Assembly: GCF_001194135.2 (NCBI RefSeq)
Contig: NC_068982.1
Span: 67,600,042 to 67,664,041, forward strand
DNA: 64,000 nt
Origin: Octopus bimaculoides
Lineage: Eukaryota
Direction of reading: 5' to 3'
Positions 11,285 through 22,919 of this stretch are shown here, piece after piece (the stretch's first letter is position 1; every line of letters starts with the position of its first letter). Both the position numbers and the translations under genes were made by a program. The notes under the pieces are model-generated. The model was not told the origin of the DNA, searched no databases, and saw nothing but the letters and a program-made list of their open reading frames with translations.

Positions 11285-12429
11285 CTAATTGTCACAGTCG
11301 TGTATCCTCAGCACAGTATTCAGAACTAATGATGATACTGCAACTAGTTTTGTGTGTATGTGTTCTTTTATGTGTGAGTATGTGAGATCGTGTTCTCAGG
11401 ATGCTGTATTCTAAAGATGCGTCTCTTTGCTTCAAAAGATTGTTTTTATAGAAGAGGCGATTGTGTGTATTAGAGCTTGCTGTAATAACAAATTTCATCC
11501 ACTGCATGCCTAGGTGGTCTTTCATTTTTTTAGTATTTTTTGTTTCGTTGAGCAGTTGGTCTGTTAATATCGCCTGGGTGTGTGTAAACTGGAATGATGC
11601 AAAGTGAGTAGTTTTGCATTTGGTATAGTTTGTTAATGATTTATTGTGGAGAGACTGGAGCGGGGTAAGGAAGACTGTTATATTCCTTGAGAGATCTCTT
11701 GCTTTGTACATTACACTTTCTTTCTGTTTTTTTTTTTTTTTTTGGTGAGCTGTGATACTGTATGGCAAAAAATACACACGAGTATTTGAGACATAATCTC
11801 AGCGCATATTCAGGCAGAAAGAAAGATAAAAAGCAAAAAAACTTAAGAAAAAGCATGATATTTAAATAAATTTTTACGGTACAAGTAATATTCCTTTCTT
11901 CTGTTGGTACAAAGCCTGAAATTCTGGAGAAGGGTGCTAGTTGATTACATCACCCTTAGTGCTTCTTTTATTTAATAATAGTAATAAACAGTTTATGTTT
12001 ATATTTGCAGCTTTGCAGGTCTTGTGAGATTTATAACAAAAGCCAGTAAAATCTAGGCGTATGCAATTAAAGCAGCAATAAATTAAAATAGTAATCTATT
12101 TTAATTTATTAATATACAAACACTGTTGACAGGCAAGATGGTATGGTTTTCATTTGAGATAAATTCTCTTATAGGTATGGTGAGTTTAGAAACGCAATAT
12201 ACATCGAAAAGATATGAAAAATCGCCCCGGCTAGCTGTAAACTGGGAAAGTTTTTGTTTCCCTCCGATACATAGTATTTTTAACACACCAGGTTTCTATG
12301 ACATTTTATTTCAGTCGAAAACCGCACTATCTTGCCACTGAACGATGTATATACATAGAGTGTAATATGGCTTTATAAAGAAAAAAAAGCAAAAGCAATA
12401 TACTTATTTAATTACATGCATGCTTGTTC

Positions 12430-12841
12430 TTAATACGTTTCGGCAGATTCGAACGTGGATATGCTAACTACTGTTGAGTTTAGTCATAGAACAATTCTTC
12501 CTTTAAGACGAATGTGTTTTCATAACACACATGATTCATTACCATAAGAGATTGTGGGACAGCCAGTGTTTCGACATTGTTATGTCTCTTTAGTCAAAGA
12601 CAACCCGAACTAATGATATTAACAAGAGTTTGTAGCTCTTGTTTGTAACTTGAATCAAGAAATTATTTGCTGATTCGTATCGATGTCTGTACACGAACAA
12701 TAAATCGTTATATGCACAGTTAAGAGAGTCATTTTACGCTAATGAATCAAATGTGTTATGAACACATATTCGTTTAAAAGGTGTAGTTGCAACAGTGATT
12801 AACATATACACGTTTGAATCTACCGGAACGTATTAAGAGTA
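12430..12841. mobile_element. Palindromic repeat (family P1) with inverted arms of about 100 bp and an internal decayed hammerhead
   Basis: 12430-12535 is the inverted complement of 12738-12841; homologous to about 14995-15230. Confidence 0.7.
12552..12599 (-). ncRNA. Degenerate type-I hammerhead ribozyme (family P1, copy 1)
   Basis: Minus strand CTTTGA-CTAAAGA-GACAT(AACA)ATGTC-GAAA-CACTGGCT-GTC-CCACAA: helix II and GAAA intact, CUGANGA core mutated. Confidence 0.5.
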
Positions 12842-13093
12842 AATATATACGCCAACGTTTTGATTCTTGCTGTTCACCATGTGTATGACGATTTATTAAC
12901 ATACCTGGAAGGTCACCGAAATTCAGTTTGTCAGGGGCGCCAACAACCCCGATGCATGGGTACATAAAAAAAAGGGTTGACAAGTACTATCATCGGTGTT
13001 GTTCTCCATTTAGGTTAGACATAGTAGATCTCCATAAAAGTTCTTCCTATCATATATATATAAGTCGAGCCAGTTTCACATGTGTGTGTACAG

Positions 13094-13160
13094 GGTCTTC
13101 AGGCCAGCTAAGAGTCGCGACTTGCCTGAAGATTCTGTTCACCAGCTGGCGAAATTTAGA
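13094..13160 (+). CDS. Candidate 67-nt coding exon of an unidentified host gene ((x)VFRPAKSRDLPEDSVHQLAKFR)
   Basis: CAG acceptor, GTAAGA donor, open frame and balanced composition in AT-rich surroundings; weak pyrimidine tract and no recognised protein. Confidence 0.3.
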
Positions 13161-13337
13161 GTAAGAAGAAACTAACTCAACCATAAAAGAAAAAAAAATT
13201 ATTAATCTCACCTATGGTATCGAGTATTCTTTCTCCCGACTGTCAGCACTAAACGAATATGTACGTATGTATGTATGTATGTATGTATGCATGCATGTAT
13301 GTATGTATGTATGTATGTATGTATGTATGTATGTATG

Positions 13338-13672
13338 TATGTATGTATGTCCTTATTCAGTTTTGCTTCAAGATTTCTTGCCAATAGAGAAAGAGCCAGT
13401 TTCTCACCTAGATCCAAGGCTCCGTCATTGGAATTTCAACATCAACAACAGGATATTTTTGTTTGTATGTATGTTTATCATATACTTCAATTTGTATGAT
13501 GTTTGTATGATGTTTATCCTATACTCAAATGATAAACATCTGGAAAGTTTTACAGATTTTTACAGTTCCATTGATTGATTGGATCTATTGTCTTCGAATT
13601 AGCTTTCACCTTTCAGGTTTTGAGAAGCTTAATTTCTCAAGATTGGTATTTAGGCAGTGTGCTATATATCCC

Positions 13673-13676
<4 letters not shown>
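13338..13676 (-). mobile_element. 5'-truncated R4/Dong-like element (ATAC family) inside an (ATAC)n array
   Basis: Minus strand encodes GYIAHCLNTNLEKLSFSKPER, homologous to 60571-60720; both flanks are (TATG)n. Confidence 0.8.
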
Positions 13677-13703
<27 letters not shown>

Positions 13704-13820
13704 TGTATGTATGTATGTATGTATGTATGTATGCATGTGTGTATGTATGTATATACGTACGTACGTATGTATGTATGCATGTATGTACGTATGCATGTGT
13801 GTATGTATGCATGCATGTAT

Positions 13821-14026
13821 GGGCAGATTTGTATACTTTATGTATGTATTCTCATGCATATAGTTGTATATCTAGACGTGCTCATATATATTTAAATGAT
13901 AAACTTCTGGAAAGTTTTACAGATTTTTACAGTTCCAATGATGGATTGGATCTGTAGACTTTGAATTAGCTTTCACCTTTCAGGTTTTGAGAAGCCTAAT
14001 TTCTCAAGATCGGTATTTAGGCAGTC
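13821..14026 (-). mobile_element. 5'-truncated R4/Dong-like element (ATAC family), second copy
   Basis: Minus strand CLNTDLEKLGFSKPER plus a 3' UTR nearly colinear with 60585-60783; both flanks are (TATG)n-type repeats. Confidence 0.8.
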
Positions 14027-14062
14027 TGTATGTATGTATGTATGTATGTATGTATGTATGTA

Positions 14063-14095
<33 letters not shown>

Positions 14096-14106
14096 GCCTG
14101 CCTGCC

Positions 14107-14157
<51 letters not shown>

Positions 14158-14184
14158 ATGTATGTATGTATGTATGTATGTATG
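14027..14184. repeat. Compound (TATG)n-(TCTG)n-(TATG)n microsatellite
   Basis: Read directly from the sequence. Confidence 0.95.
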
Positions 14185-14994
14185 TTCCACTTAAATAAAA
14201 AGCCAGAGAATCACGACCAGAATGCTTGTCGAACGACTGTATTTTAAGAGTGAAAACTATAGCTGTTGAACATCCAGAAGCCATGCTATGACAACATTAA
14301 GCATTGAAACAACCTGAATGCAGAAACGGCGTTTGCATATAACAATTAACAAAATACTTCGTAAGGCAAGAGCACGCCAACACATGTACTAACACACATA
14401 TAAATACAAATAAACATTACAGCCCATTACAAACTCATAGAAATATAACAAACTAGTTTTCTTTTTTTTTTTTTTTTTTTTTTGAATTTGAATTTTTGGT
14501 TTTGAATCTTATCTAAAATTGTTTCGACGTTCGGGTCATAAACCATGACTTTTGTTTCCATTCAAAATACCAGATTTTGGTCAGCTGCCTTTGTATGATT
14601 CTAGTAAAAAAAAAATTGTTCGCACAAATAGGCTAATTCGAAAATCGATATAATACTGAATGCCAAGTTTGTCTTGTTTTATAATTATCCAGAATATTAT
14701 CTTAGGCATCAAGTATCAGCTTGTCTGGCCTTAAAATCGTTTGAATTTCGATCTGTTGAGGATTTTCTGAAAGTTAGACCTTCTGGCAGTAGATTTCTGT
14801 AAAATTTAAGGTGTTGCTGCTAAATATTTATCTTATATCGGCTGTTTCCATCTCAAGGTCAGATTTATTTACTAATCTCTGCAAATACCGATTGATTTAT
14901 TTCTGTAATTCAGTGTCAATAGGTGATACAGAGAACACTAAAGTGGGTTTTCCTAATAGAAAATCTGTAAATCATTTCGATTACTCACATACTT

Positions 14995-15230
14995 ATTCTT
15001 AATATGTTCCGGTAGATTCGAACTTGAATGTGCTAATATCTGTCGTATCTCGTTACAGGAAAACAACTTGTCCTTTACGACGAATGTGTGTTCATAACAC
15101 ATCCGATTCATCAGTACAAGGGACTCTGGGACATCTAGTGTTTTGACATCGTTTTGTTTCGTCAGCCTGAGCCATCCGGACTAATGAATCTAACAAGAGT
15201 CAAAGCTCTTGCTTATAAGCACGGATGAGA
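14995..15230 (-). mobile_element. Repeat family P1, second copy
   Basis: Colinear with 12430-12660. Confidence 0.7.
15124..15171 (-). ncRNA. Degenerate type-I hammerhead ribozyme (family P1, copy 2)
   Basis: Minus strand CTCAGG-CTGACGA-AACAAAACGATGTC-AAAA-CACTAGAT-GTC-CCAGAG: core CUGACGA, GUC site and helix I (5 of 6 pairs) intact; GAAA mutated to AAAA. Confidence 0.55.
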
Positions 15231-15782
15231 ATGTTAATTGGTATTTCTTCTTTTGTTAAGAGTTTCTAACAGAGGAAAATGAGGTAGTTTGATCTATTTT
15301 TATGTATTTCCCAAACACTGTTAATTTGCGCTCAGATGCTAAAATCTCTTAATACCGAGGAGGAGTGTTTTCTTTTCTTTGAATGAGCAAGTGGCGGATT
15401 AGCAAAAATCTTATTTATTATAGATAAAACTTTCAAAAGGTTTTGTTAATAAGTTAATCAGTGACAAGTAAAAATACCTGTTAACAAACATCAAAACTCA
15501 AACAACATTCGTCGCATAATGCTGTGAGCACTATACCATTTGAACAATGTGGAGAATATACTAACACCATGGCCCAAACAACCTTATCATCAAGTTTACA
15601 ATTCATCCAAGGTAAGGACGTTGTGCCATATGTCACCTACACAAATCAGGCTCATAAACACATTAAACACAATTACTTTACCTCAATAGTCCCTATTCTA
15701 TTTAATATTATCTCAAAATCTGGGCCGTCTTAGCAGCATTATAGTCCCAACCCCCATGAAAATCAGCGCATTGGGCCTTAAA

Positions 15783-16040
15783 GTATTTATTTATTGACAG
15801 CAAGACATACATAGATCAGAACTGGGTCCATAGGCCTGCGAGGCCTCTGAGCAAACCAAGACACCAAGCTGAATGGTATTTATTTGACAGCAAGTCAATA
15901 GCATAAACAGATGAGAATTGTACTCCTAAACCTGTGAGACCTCAGGGCAAATCAATGTACTGAGCTCTTTAGTATTTATTGATTGACAGGAAGTCACAAC
16001 ATAAATCAGAATTGGGTCCCTAGATCTATGAGACCCCCAC
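15783..16040. repeat. Diverged tandem triplicate with period about 93-96 bp
   Basis: GTATTTAT..TTGACAG(C/G)AAG...CATA...AGAA(C/T)TG...GAG(A/G)CC recurs at 15783, 15876 and 15972. Confidence 0.65.
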
Positions 16041-16579
16041 TGTTCTCATGCCTTAAGATGGCACTTCCCAAAACAAATCAAAGAAGGCAAAGATTCCATA
16101 AGCTTCAAACGTTACAGGACAAATTTCTACAAGGGAAACCAGACAAGCTACCTATACTTGGATATATCTCAGTTAAATAATACCTCTTTCTTTGAATGAG
16201 CTTTCATACTACAAAACTTCACCTAAAATGACTTAACAAATTCTATTAGTTGATGCTATTAAGTTAGATATGGCCTGGGCCAGTTTTGACCAATACCTGT
16301 GTTTCCTTAGAAATTTCTGAAGGCATAACTAAACCTATTTCGATTATTTTAGATCTTTATTTCAATTAACTACAACTAAGGTGAATTATAATATTGAGTA
16401 TTGTTATAATTGTCTCTATTTTTGGTACAAGGCCAGCAATATTAGCGAAAGGATATAAGCCGATTGCATCGACCCCAATGCTCAACGGGTACTTTATTTT
16501 ATCGAATACGCTATGATTATGAAAATGATCGACTGGGAGCTTGATTACTTAGTCTGGCAGTGTACTGCTCCTAAACAAA

Positions 16580-16645
16580 GACCAATCACAGTATTTAGAT
16601 CATTCCGCGCATCTCCTCTTATAACTCCCATTTGGCGCGAAACTG
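16580..16645 (+). promoter_or_regulatory. Candidate NF-Y/E2F promoter module
   Basis: ACCAATCAC (CCAAT 16582-16586), TTCCGCGC (16603-16610) and TTTGGCGCGAAA (16631-16642, reverse complement of the DHFR-type overlapping E2F site) in a locally CpG-rich patch. Confidence 0.4.
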
Positions 16646-17365
16646 GACGGAATTTCCCATTCGATCTCGTCACCATACAGATGCGCCAGAACAAAGATTA
16701 GCCAAAATATAGGCTGAGATCACCTGATATGTCATGGCTTTCGTCCGTTATTCGACTGACAAAGTTTCGAATACTAAAAACTACTACAGAATGAATGGTA
16801 TTACTGACCACAACAGTATTTAAATTGAGAATTTAAGGAACCGCAAGGAATACCATTTAGTAATTTGTCTGATGCGTTAACTATTCTGTCAGCACATAAT
16901 CTTGAGTAGAGTTATCATAAAATGCATTAGATTATCTCATAAATCTATAAACGAAGCAAAAGTTCAAAGAGTGATCTAACCCCTCCCCATTTTCATTATT
17001 TATAAGATTGTTAAATGATTAATATTACTCTAGAAAAGTTTGTGATATTCTTTAAGTTAACAAAAATAGTTCTGGGTTGCTTCTTACATTTTATTTAAAT
17101 TAGACCGCAATTAATAAGTTATCTTTAACGTTTTAACTCCAGTCAAGTGTTTGCTTTACAAACATACAATGGTAAGCCTATTTGGCAAGACGTTTAAAAC
17201 ACTGGTTTGACGATCTCTAACTTTAACACAATACCACATAACTGGTATTTATGTCTTTGCAATTCCTTTCGATCAACTACGAAAGAAGGGAAAAGCAAAG
17301 TTGACAGCGGTAGGATTAGAACTCAGAAGTCAAATAACTTAAATTAAAGAAGTTAATTAATTATT

Positions 17366-17566
17366 GGTTTCAAATTATGGCACATGACTAGCAGTTAAGT
17401 TGATTACATCAACTCCAGTGCTTAACTGGTGATTATTTTATCGACTCTGTAAAGATAAAAGGCAAAGTCGACCTCGGCTGATTTTGAACTCAGAACGTAA
17501 AGACAGACGAAATGCCGCTAAATATTTTTGCCCGGCGAGCTAACGATTTTATCAGCTCGCCGCCTT
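17366..17566 (-). mobile_element. SINE family A
   Basis: Homologous to the other copies; flanked by a duplicated TAATTAATTATT. Confidence 0.8.
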
Positions 17567-18489
17567 AAGCTAATTAATTATTGGTTTTAAATTTTGGCAC
17601 GAGGCCAATGCCTTCACAATTCAGGTTTTATATCAATGGAATCGTTTACTGTTCGTCTGCTTCCTTCAAGAAGTGTACTAAGGGCATGTAACTTTACGTG
17701 GTGAAGGGAGAAAATAATGTCAATAAAACTAGTTTTAAGGCAACAAGAATTACATACGAAGGGAAGTAATAAATTCAGAGTTGTTTCCCTTGACCTTTAA
17801 AACTTTGAAAGCATTTTAAACAATTTTATTTAAGATAAGGAAGGGAAAATGCAGTTTCTTACATCTAAATGTAATATCCATCCAATAACTATTACGCCTG
17901 GATACCAGCGACTTGCGATATTGTCAGAGTGTTAGAATAGATGTCTTTCAGTATTCAGTTACGTTGTTTGTTTTCTCTTATTCTGAGGTTAAAACCTATC
18001 GGGACTAAATTTGTTTTTTATCTTTCCGACTCATTACGGACAACAGTCGATTCAGTCGACCCTCACAAATTCCTGGCTATGTATTAAAGTTTGAAAGTAA
18101 TCAAGTGTCTCTACAATTTTTCTTGACTATAGATTCCAGCTTCTATGGATTGAAACATGCAATATATTTGAAGAGAAGAAACAAAATGTTATAACGTCTA
18201 TATTTATTGCAAGGACTTGATTGAATGTGAAATGACATTGACACCGTTCTTTTGCACCAAAAACAGGCATCGTAGTCTACGCCTGATGAGTGGCATTAGT
18301 GACCTTATTTATTTTGGTGACTGAAGGCACCTCACTCACATCACACATGTAGACGAATATAAAAGACGATTGAAAAAATTGCATTTTAACAACAAAAGAA
18401 AATGTATTCTGAACAATTCTAGTATAAATTTAGTTTGAGTGTTCATAACGATTTCTCTTTAAAAATTGTTCATGTTAATGTTAATTCCT

Positions 18490-18790
18490 AGTTTGCTGTA
18501 ACTCGGAAGGGTCAGTAAGCTAATAATAAATTCATCTTTGTTCTTTATTAGTCACTTGGTGAGCTATTTAACCAATTAGCTAATCGATTGTTTGGCTAAT
18601 TGTTCAGTCAATCAATCAGTCAGCTAGGTATGTCAAAGTCCCATCATCGCCACTCGTGACCTCATCAATGACATAATTTCTCTACCCCAGGTGTGCTTCA
18701 GATGTGTCAAGCTATAAATCAGTTAGTTAATCGGTTAAATGGTTTACCAATTGATAAATAAAAAAGAAAGAAGTGAAATAGAATCAGCGC
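18490..18790. mobile_element. Palindromic repeat family P2 (copy 1)
   Basis: Arms with CTAATCGATT/TTAATCGGTT motifs and a centre ATCATCGCCACTCGTGACCTCATCA, homologous to 55260-55570. Confidence 0.5.
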
Positions 18791-19416
18791 GCGTGTCTAT
18801 TAATGCCATAATGACTTTCCGAGTTACAACAAAATGTATTTCACACGAGTTCACTACAAGAACCTTGCAAACTAAATTTGAAAGCGTTTCGTTACAAGAC
18901 AAAAAAAAAACACAAAAACAAAAAAAAAACTGATAGCACATAATATAATACATAAAGAATTGGGAAATGCTTCAAAAATTAAATCTCACGGATGCTTCCT
19001 TTCTTAACGTTTGAACCGTTATCATTGATCTGGATAGAACATGTTACATAGATATGTGAACTTGTCTTCATTAGCACTTTGTTTCACACTGGAATTTATT
19101 GTATAACAATTTGAGAGAGAATCTTCAATCCAAATCTCGAATGATAAAAGGTGAAAACTGCGGTTCTCCTCTTTTCTGTCTCCTCTCCCACCAGTCTCAT
19201 GAGCCTTGCAAATGTCATGGGTGTAGTCCTTTCTCCTCTTACGAAGTCATAATAAAAATATGATAGTTAACAGCATGAATACATTTATATACGTTTATGT
19301 AAAACACGATGGAATTTTCTATTTAATATAATGCAGTGGCATTATTTGATCAGATGCTTTTAAATATCAAGTTTTTAGAAGGGTATATATGGGTGTAAAA
19401 GCAGAACTTGCATCTA

Positions 19417-19546
19417 ACTGACAAAGTGGCGGAGTCGTTAGAGTGTCGGATAGACGGCATCTCAGCATTTGTCTTAACTGTCTGCCATCTGAGCTCAAAT
19501 TATGTCGAGGTCAGCTTTGCTTTTCATTCCTTTCGGAATTGATAAG
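19417..19546 (+). mobile_element. Old SINE family A fragment
   Basis: GAGTCGTTAG...GAGCTCAAATT...GCTTTTCATTCCTTTCGG. Confidence 0.55.
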
Positions 19547-20019
19547 CGAAAAGAAAAACATCAGTGCAGTGAATTGGTAGAACTTTAAGAACAACCGAAT
19601 GGATGTTGTGTGGTATTTGTTCGGACTCTTTGTGTTCTGAGTTCAAATCCCATCTTGCCACTAACTGATACTGTCAGTGCTCTTAGCGAAGACCACTATG
19701 TGATAGGCACATGTGCCAAGAGTTCTGGTTTGAAAATACTTCTTCCCTCCCAACTTACTAGGATCTGTGAAGGATCGAGGTTAAAATCTTTCCTCGTCAC
19801 TAAAAAGATAAAACGAAAGAACCATATATATTTTATTCTATGCAATGATCATCAACAGTAACAAATGATTATGCGAAGTACTTCCATAGAATTCTTTGTA
19901 ACGAGTGTGTCAGATTAAAAATAAACACCCGAAACAAAAATAATGCCTTAAAAATAACTATTTATCATAATTTGTGCATCAAAGTTTTCAACTAAATGAA
20001 TACTGTGCTTATGTTTTAG

Positions 20020-20050
20020 GGAGCTCTAGGAAGGCCGGTTGAAAGTACAA
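20020..20050 (+). CDS. Candidate 31-nt coding exon (GALGRPVEST)
   Basis: CTAAAT branch-like motif, TTTTAG acceptor, GTAACT donor; open only in phase 0, which matches the phase-0 end of 13094-13160. Confidence 0.3.
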
Positions 20051-20623
20051 GTAACTTAGATTGACACCCGGGCTGCGTTGTCTCGTGTAAATCCAAACAG
20101 AAAACAAAACTGAGTAATGACACAACCCAGTTTTGTTTTCTATCCCGAAGCAGAAAATTATGCACCAAATTATTTACAAATGAAGTTTAATAAATTCTGT
20201 ATATATTCTCATTTGCAACACTTTAGTTTTTGATAAAATATCATTCATTTCTCTTTATTGCAACATAAAGAATTATCTGTTAGCTGTTATCGCAATAGCC
20301 TCGAGTTTTGTGAACAAGTTTATTGTAAAAGAGGATCAACTAATTTTACTCATTGCACCAAAACCTTCCTCTGCAAATTCTTTCCACTTTATAAATCTCC
20401 CACGTGCACATGTTTCCCTGTAAACCCTTAAATTTTCCCAGTCTTATCTGAAGCGTGCAATATATAAGGCAAATGAGGACGTCATCGCCCAAGTCCCTCA
20501 ATCATGAAAACCAAACTCAGAGAGGGAGGATAGTGGAAATAAACAAATGATCATAGCAATGGCGGTACTCCAGCATAACCACAGTCACTGCCTGAAACAA
20601 GTTTAGGTAAAAGTAAAAGTAAT

Positions 20624-20624
<1 letters not shown>

Positions 20625-20678
<54 letters not shown>

Positions 20679-20763
20679 NNNNNNNNNNNNNNNNNNNNNN
20701 NNNNNNNNNNNNNNNNNNNNNNNNNNNNNNNNNNNNNNNNNNNNNNNNNNNNNNNNNNNNNNN

Positions 20764-20810
<47 letters not shown>
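20625..20810. repeat. (CA)n microsatellite spanning an 85-N gap (20679-20763)
   Basis: Read directly from the sequence. Confidence 0.95.
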
Positions 20811-20813
<3 letters not shown>

Positions 20814-22919
20814 GTGTATAAAGGCTGAATGTGGATTCGTCTTTTAATTGGAGGTTTCCCAAAAAGATTTCTAATATTGATGCTTCTTACTTTTCTGGGA
20901 GTTTGCAGGCGTAAATTTGCGAATATATAAAAGTAGCACTTGTATATAATGTATGGTGAATTTATGGACTGAAGTTCCATAAATCCCATCAATTTTGTTA
21001 AAAATGGAAGAGACAAGTTGTTAAAATTTATAAGAAGTTTAATTCTTGCAGACGATTGTTTCGTACAGAGATATAATAATAATATAAATTCATGACTGAA
21101 TTAAATTAAATTACTTAAATATCAACGTATCCTTCAGTGCAAGAAGCAAAGAAACCATAATACAAGGAACTTAAAAGGAATATAGCAGAAAAAATTGGAT
21201 CTACGAGATTCACATTGGTATCCGTGTGAGAAAGAGATGGGAGTCATATCGCATATATTTCACCATAACTAACGACTTCAATGGTTATTTAAAGATATAC
21301 GTAAAGAGGTATCGGAGACGTTCCCTCTATAGATGAGTATGGAAATTAAAATTATAGCTCCATATAAGTATCGTAGGGCAAATAAGTATTAGAAATATCC
21401 AATAAGGAGCCAATATAGAATTAAAATTAAAATTAGAACTAACTATTGAAATCATTACTTAGTATAATGTATTTGTAAAAAAATTCTATACATAAGAATG
21501 AAGTTTAGCGTGAGGAAGTAGTATATTAGAAGCTAACAGTAGATAGTTAACGTAAACAAATGGCAGAAGAAATAGAGGAATGAGAATGAGTTAGAGAGAG
21601 AAATTGATGTATATAAAGGACTCATGTTTGCATAAAAAGTCATATCAGGTGATATGTATTAATGATAAAGTAGAAATAAATGAAAAACAGAGAAGCAGCT
21701 GTTAATATTACAATTAAAGTAGTATGTACTTGCTGTGCTTATTAGTATGAGAAAGTGAATTTGAAAATGTAGTTAGATAGACCGAAATAAATGTAGGGGA
21801 GATAAATGAGCTGAGAAAGAGAAGAGTAAAAAAAAAAAATTAAACTTTGGATAGAGATGTGTTGGTAATACAGAAGATGTGTTTTAGTATATAAAAAAGA
21901 TTATTTTAGAGATAATAATCCAGCTTAGTATTATGCGAGAAGGATATGGAATAGCAGTATGGTCGTAATGGTTGTAGGGGTGCCGTGCCAGTATGAATAT
22001 AAGAAAAATTACGAGTAGAAGGGTACACATAAGTGTACAAAAATTTACACATAATATAGAAGAAATATAATCTAATAAGGAGAAGAGTGTGTGTATGTTT
22101 AGTCATACGCATGTAGAGGCATATTTACACATGAGTATATAGATACACAGGAATTCTTGTAGATATACGATTAAGGTATACATAGAAAGAAACTCAAACA
22201 AACATACTGATACAAGTGCAAAAAAGGGGGCACACATATACATATAAATACACACACATAATAAATTGTATATATATGTACGCGAACATACATATATACG
22301 CAGATACACAAGTTCATATTAATATACATGTCTGTACCTCCATATAAAAGTAATCACATACATATCTATACATTTACACACAAAGGTACGTTTAAGATCC
22401 ATACTTAGATATGCATACATAGATGTAAACATGTAGAACACCTTAAAGTCGTACATGTGCATACAGATGTATATATGCCAGCAGTAGAATATACGTAATT
22501 ATAAGGTATAGTAACAAATAACAAACATAAACCAGTAGTAGTTCGAATCGGTATATTGAGAGGGGGAAGAGGTACAAGAAAGGAAGTACATGGACACATT
22601 ACACAAATAAAATACAAAAAGTATAGGTATATTACATACTAAGGAAAGATATAATTTCCTATATCCAAACATGTGGAAGGAAAAATTGTAGGGATAGATA
22701 GATAAAGTGATAGCCCTATATATAGTGGGTCATGCATTTGTCAGAAAGAAATATTTAAGAAAAAGTGTATAGAGATAGTGTAAGATATAGTAATGTAAAT
22801 TGGATGTGATGAGTAATTGTATTCCATAGTAAAGGGTAATATATAGAGATTTAAAAAAAATAAAAATATCAAACAATGCAAAAGGTGAGTGAAGAGTTAT
22901 TTTAGATTAATAAATAGGA

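Noticed and set aside
18270-18355. CTGATGAG motif
   Set aside because: No downstream GAAA or helix II, so not a hammerhead.
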